DNA from: Obrimoposthia wandeli
Lineage: Eukaryota
Reading direction: 5' to 3'
Assembly (NCBI GenBank): GCA_977020255.1
Contig: CDROCS010000152.1
Coordinates: forward strand, 868,001-932,000
Length of the DNA: 64,000 bases
A model generated the notes under the pieces. That model ran no database searches and was not told the origin of the DNA. It saw only the letters and a list, made by a program, of their open reading frames with translations. Below, one piece after another: positions 59,720 to 64,000 of the stretch. The translations under genes and the position numbers were made by a program. Every line of letters begins with the position of its first letter. Position 1 is the stretch's first letter.

Positions 59720-62700
59720 CCTTCCCCCTTTGATCTAACTAGATCAACCTTAACCTAGCCTACCCCGATACAGTTTAAGATCATGCCGGATCATGCGTCA
59801 CCTTCTTTTGTTAGTTGCTTCGGCCACGCTGTCTCTGAGCCTAATAAGAACTCGGGACCTTCCCACCATAATTTATTTTGACTCAGTCGATGAACCTCGG
59901 CTCCTCAACAATATATCCGCTGGGTTTAACTTTGTGGGTACATGTCTCCACTGAGCTATGCTGTTTCCTCCTGTATAGGTCCAACGCGATTAGCAACAAA
60001 TGCATTATAATACCGCCCTGGCTGGCGTATCCACCACGGTACGTTCAGACTGTCGGACCAAAACTTTACTTATTTTAACTTTAAGTCTAACGCACTCGTG
60101 AGTACCTTTGCCAATTTAACACCGACATCCTCAACTAATAACTCTAGACGCGGTATACTTTTTACTTTTACAGGCACCATTTTTGTTTTTGACGCTATGA
60201 AACATACAAATATTTTTTCCGCTTCTTCATTTCTCAAGTAACCTACTGTTCCATACGCCTTCTAAGAAGCGTCTACAAATATATGTATCGAACATTTACT
60301 AGCTACTCCAGCCCATATCCATCTGGGGACTTTAACCTTATTCAGTAACTTTACGTCTTCTACCCAATGGATTATCTCTTCTTTAATGCTCGCTTCCACT
60401 TTCTCATCCCATTACCCTCCTGAAAGCCTTAGCTCCTGCATAATAATCTTTGCCCTTATTACTATCGGACTAGCAAACCCTAATGGGTCAAATACTTTTG
60501 ACAGAAGACTTAGAAATTTCCTCTTTGTAATGGTCGTTAACATCTCTAAATTCGTCGTCATTTCAAAAACGTCCGCCTGCGCGTTCCATGCTACTCCCAA
60601 CGTCTTGATACTTTGCACCGTTTTGCCATCCGCAATATGTAAGACCTTCGCTTGATCTGCTGTGGCGATTTGTTGATTAACTCGGTGGTTGCTACTTAGC
60701 CACATTTTGGCACTCATTCCTGCACCGCCCCACACTTGCAGTAGGTCTCGTTGTAATTGTATCGCCTCCTTGACTGACGGTATTGAATCCAAACTGTCAT
60801 CCATGTATGTGGACTTTAATATCGTCTCGATAGCCCTATCACATACTCCCACGAACGTTTCAGTGTTTATTCGAGTCATTAACTGTGCTAATAATGATGA
60901 CACATTGATCCCAAAAACTACCCGATTAAATTCGTATGTGTCTACTTGTTCGCGGTCTTTCCATAGAAATATCAGCCACGTTTTATCTTTATCTGCCACC
61001 TTTATCTGTAGATACATCTCCGATATATCACAAACTAATGCTACAGCATTTTTCTGAATCTTAATAAGATCGTGACTAAATCTCCTTGCAGCTTCGGCCC
61101 ACAATGAATTAAATCATTCAAACTTGGGCCTCGCACCTCCACCGCTGCATCAAACACTATTTGCACCTTTATCGTATCCTTTTCTCGCTTGACGATCGGA
61201 AAGCGTGGTAACAACCACTTTGTCATTTTTACTTCTTCTTCTGGAACCTTCCTGATATAACCTTTCTGGATAATGGCTCTCGATGACGCCCTGTACTCAG
61301 ATCTCAACCGCGTGTCCTTGTCTAATCTTCTCTCCAAACACTTCTGCCGTTGGTTCGCCATTTCACCATCCCATCTAACATTAACGTTCTCATTTTTCCA
61401 CCGGAGGCTGACTTCATACCTTCCTTCTACTTCTTTTGTTCCGAGTCGTTTTTCTTTTAATACCTTTTCGTTGTTATAACTTAACTTGCTTTGGAGATTT
61501 GGTACGGCTTCTACTTCCCAGAATTTTCCTATATTAAATTCCTCTGTTTCGATCTGGGTTCCAAAATAGGTGTGGGCCAAATTCGTGTGTTGTCTACCTC
61601 TATTAGCTTCTCGTACCTGACCAATACAAGTCCATCCCAACAGTGTCAATCTTGCTATCAGTGCACCTGATCCTCCTCTCACTTCTCTAAGGGCACTCTG
61701 CAATTCGAGGTTGTCCGCACCCAGTAATAATTCAACTTTTCTCTTTACATTTACCGCTATAAATTTTATACCCTCCATATGCCTCCACATTTTTTGCTTC
61801 TACTGACAAATTTATTACCTCTAAGTCCCCGGTAATCTCTGGTACTGTTAATGCGTTGATTAGCTTCACATATCTTTGATCCGTGCTCCCTAATTCTATG
61901 TTAACTTCAGCACAGTCCATCGTTTCCACGATTCCTCCTATAACCCCCACCCGAATATTTTGTTTTTATCCTGACACTTTTAGCGTTCGTGATAAATCCT
62001 TATTAATATATGAGCGTATGCTGGCATCATCTAACAAGGCGTTGACCATCAATTCTTGGCCTCGATGCCGTATCATAACCGGTACGGTTCTTAATGCCAA
62101 TAATGTAGTTTCCTCTCTTGTCCCTCTTGTGAAGTAGGATTGTGGGCACGTCTGATTACTACGCTCTTCATCCACATACTATATCCAATGGTGTTTTTCG
62201 TTGCAATTCCTCATTTTACACAACTTATCCACCTTGCATTGTTTTACGTAATGATTATTTCGCAGACAATTTCTACATAAACTTTCCTTTTCAACCCACT
62301 GGCGTCTCTCTGATACGGATAATCTCTGTAATTCTTCACATTTGTCTGTGTAATGCACCTTCTTACACCTTAGACACTTTATCTTTCTCCCCCTCATTTA
62401 AAATTGTCCATAAATCATTCTATCCTTTGGCTTTACCGCTCCTACGAAGGGTTTTTGCTCTTTCACTATTTTTATATTTTGGTGCTTATTTGCTGCAACT
62501 CGCTATTTCCTCGGCTATTCGCCAACTTTCTTTCGGCCTTTTGTTGTATCCATTCTTCTAAAGATCTTTTACTCTTTCGTTTATCTTCTGCTTCTAACTA
62601 TTCTGACCATGCTACTTTTCCTAACATTGGTACTTTCTGTAGCAATTTTTCACATAGAAAACCACCCCCTAATCCCTCCTCTTTTTCTAGTGCTCGTGCT

Positions 62701-63410
62701 CGTACGGTTACTTCTTGTAATAGTTGGCTATACATATCCAAATCCCGATAGTTGTTCCACCTTATTGACCTGAACGTTTCCACCTTTTCCATCAACTGTC
62801 TATAATTCCTGTCCGTCCTTTTTCATCTTAATGACAATATCTTCAGCGCTTCATCATAGCTTTCTGTTGAGTATCCCAAGCTATCAATTAACCTTAGTGG
62901 TTCTCCGTCTACATATTGCAGTAGATGCAGAATTTTCTCTTTCACTCTGTTAAATGTAGCTCGCCAGTTTTTTTGTATTTCTCCTCTAATTTGTCTTCCA
63001 TCTTCTTCTGCTCGCTAACCCATCTTTCTTCTTTTCTGCTGTCATCCTCTTGAAACGCCGTCTCTATCTTTTTCTCATAGATTTCTGTTAATAACCTATA
63101 CATCTCTTCATATATGTTCTGCTTTATTTTTCTTATCATATTCCAGCAAGAAATTGTTTATCGCAATATTGAAGTCACACCTGGTTGGTTCCTTTTCCTC
63201 AATTTCAGACCCTCCTTTTAGGCGTAGCATGACGTATATCTTGTCATTACTATAAATTATATCTTTCTCATGTACCTTTTCCCCTTCTCTCTGTAGCCAA
63301 AACTGTTCCTCTCTTAGTCCCCCACTCTTCACATCCTCTATCACGTCCACTCCTATATATTTTACTTTTTCCCGTTTATCTCTAGCTTTAATACCCTTCG
63401 TGTATTCCAT
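59720..63410 (-). mobile_element. BEL/Pao LTR retrotransposon, 3'-truncated and decayed (gag-protease-RT-RNaseH; integrase and LTRs not seen)
   Basis: gag-like LLQYVDGEPL; triple Zn-knuckle CLRC..H..C / CRNC..H..C / C..C..HH; protease NALLDDAS; LLGWTCIG; PIVKREK..IVFDA; DISEMYLQI; YMDD; RNase H HIFVDAS*KAYG, SIPRLEL, FWSDS, FVANRV, LWWEGPEFL. Confidence 0.95.
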
Positions 63411-63714
63411 AAGTCAGACTCTATCCCCAACAATCAAAATTTAAGAGGGAGGAAGATGTTTTTCCTCCTTATCATTTTTATTTTGTGTCCCTATGCTCCA
63501 TAACCCTGCTTATCGCTTGGTTGTTCTAGAGCACAGGAACTATAGGAATAAGATTTTTTATTTAATTTCATACTACAAAATCTAACACCAAAATCAAATA
63601 AAAAATTATCACAAAAGGTATCACAACCTCGTAATTGTTTCAAGGATTTGACACTTTCCTGACTGGAACGACTACGATGCTTCTTTTTTTCTCCTCGCTT
63701 TGGTTCTTCATTAT

Positions 63715-63889
63715 CAATCTTTTTCTTTTCTGAAAAAATATGTACGCATCTTGGAATTCACACTTGGCACCTTTGTCAGTATTGATAAAATATGATGAGA
63801 TATAGCCTTGATCAAATTTTAGTACTTCAATAACATCAACGTCTAATAACGTCTAATAAAGTTTTACCATCCTTAACAGTAATAGTACC
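63715..63889 (-). pseudogene. hsp60: Mitochondrial chaperonin HSP60 gene fragment in a chimeric context
   Basis: [50 protein letters not shown] vs HSP60 [54 protein letters not shown]. Frame broken by a 10-bp duplication (63839-63858) and a 1-nt loss. Confidence 0.9.
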
Positions 63890-64000
63890 ATCGAACTTAA
63901 CAACTCCCAGTTCACTGACTACATCAACCATGGTGGAAGCGTTACTTGAATCATCGTCTTCCTCCTCATAATCATCGTCATCATCGGCCTCATTTGTGTC

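Overview
AT-rich animal genomic DNA. An embedded 18S fragment resembles flatworm (triclad-like) sequences from memory; this is unverified. Most of the window is one minus-strand protocadherin gene (about 5.35-51.5 kb). I reconstructed it as 7 coding exons with consistent splice phases: signal peptide, 7 cadherin repeats, a TM helix and a cytoplasmic tail split over four small distant exons (about 1108 aa if exon 7 is terminal). Its introns and 5' flank are packed with decayed transposons: hAT, mariner DD34D, Tc1/Tc3, a DD37E element, pogo/Tigger, L2-type LINE pieces, LTR-like segments and a truncated BEL/Pao retrotransposon. The most unusual signals are: (i) a 3-kb intronic cassette between direct repeats holding same-strand pieces of unrelated host genes (MyRIP/melanophilin-like, homocysteine S-methyltransferase, a single-pass membrane protein); (ii) a second chimera containing an HSP60 fragment at the window end; (iii) a candidate alternative short-tail protocadherin exon; (iv) an intron whose two ends duplicate each other. 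There are no prokaryotic features or CRISPR arrays. All family assignments come from manual translation and motif recall, not database searches. TE boundaries are approximate unless TIRs are cited.
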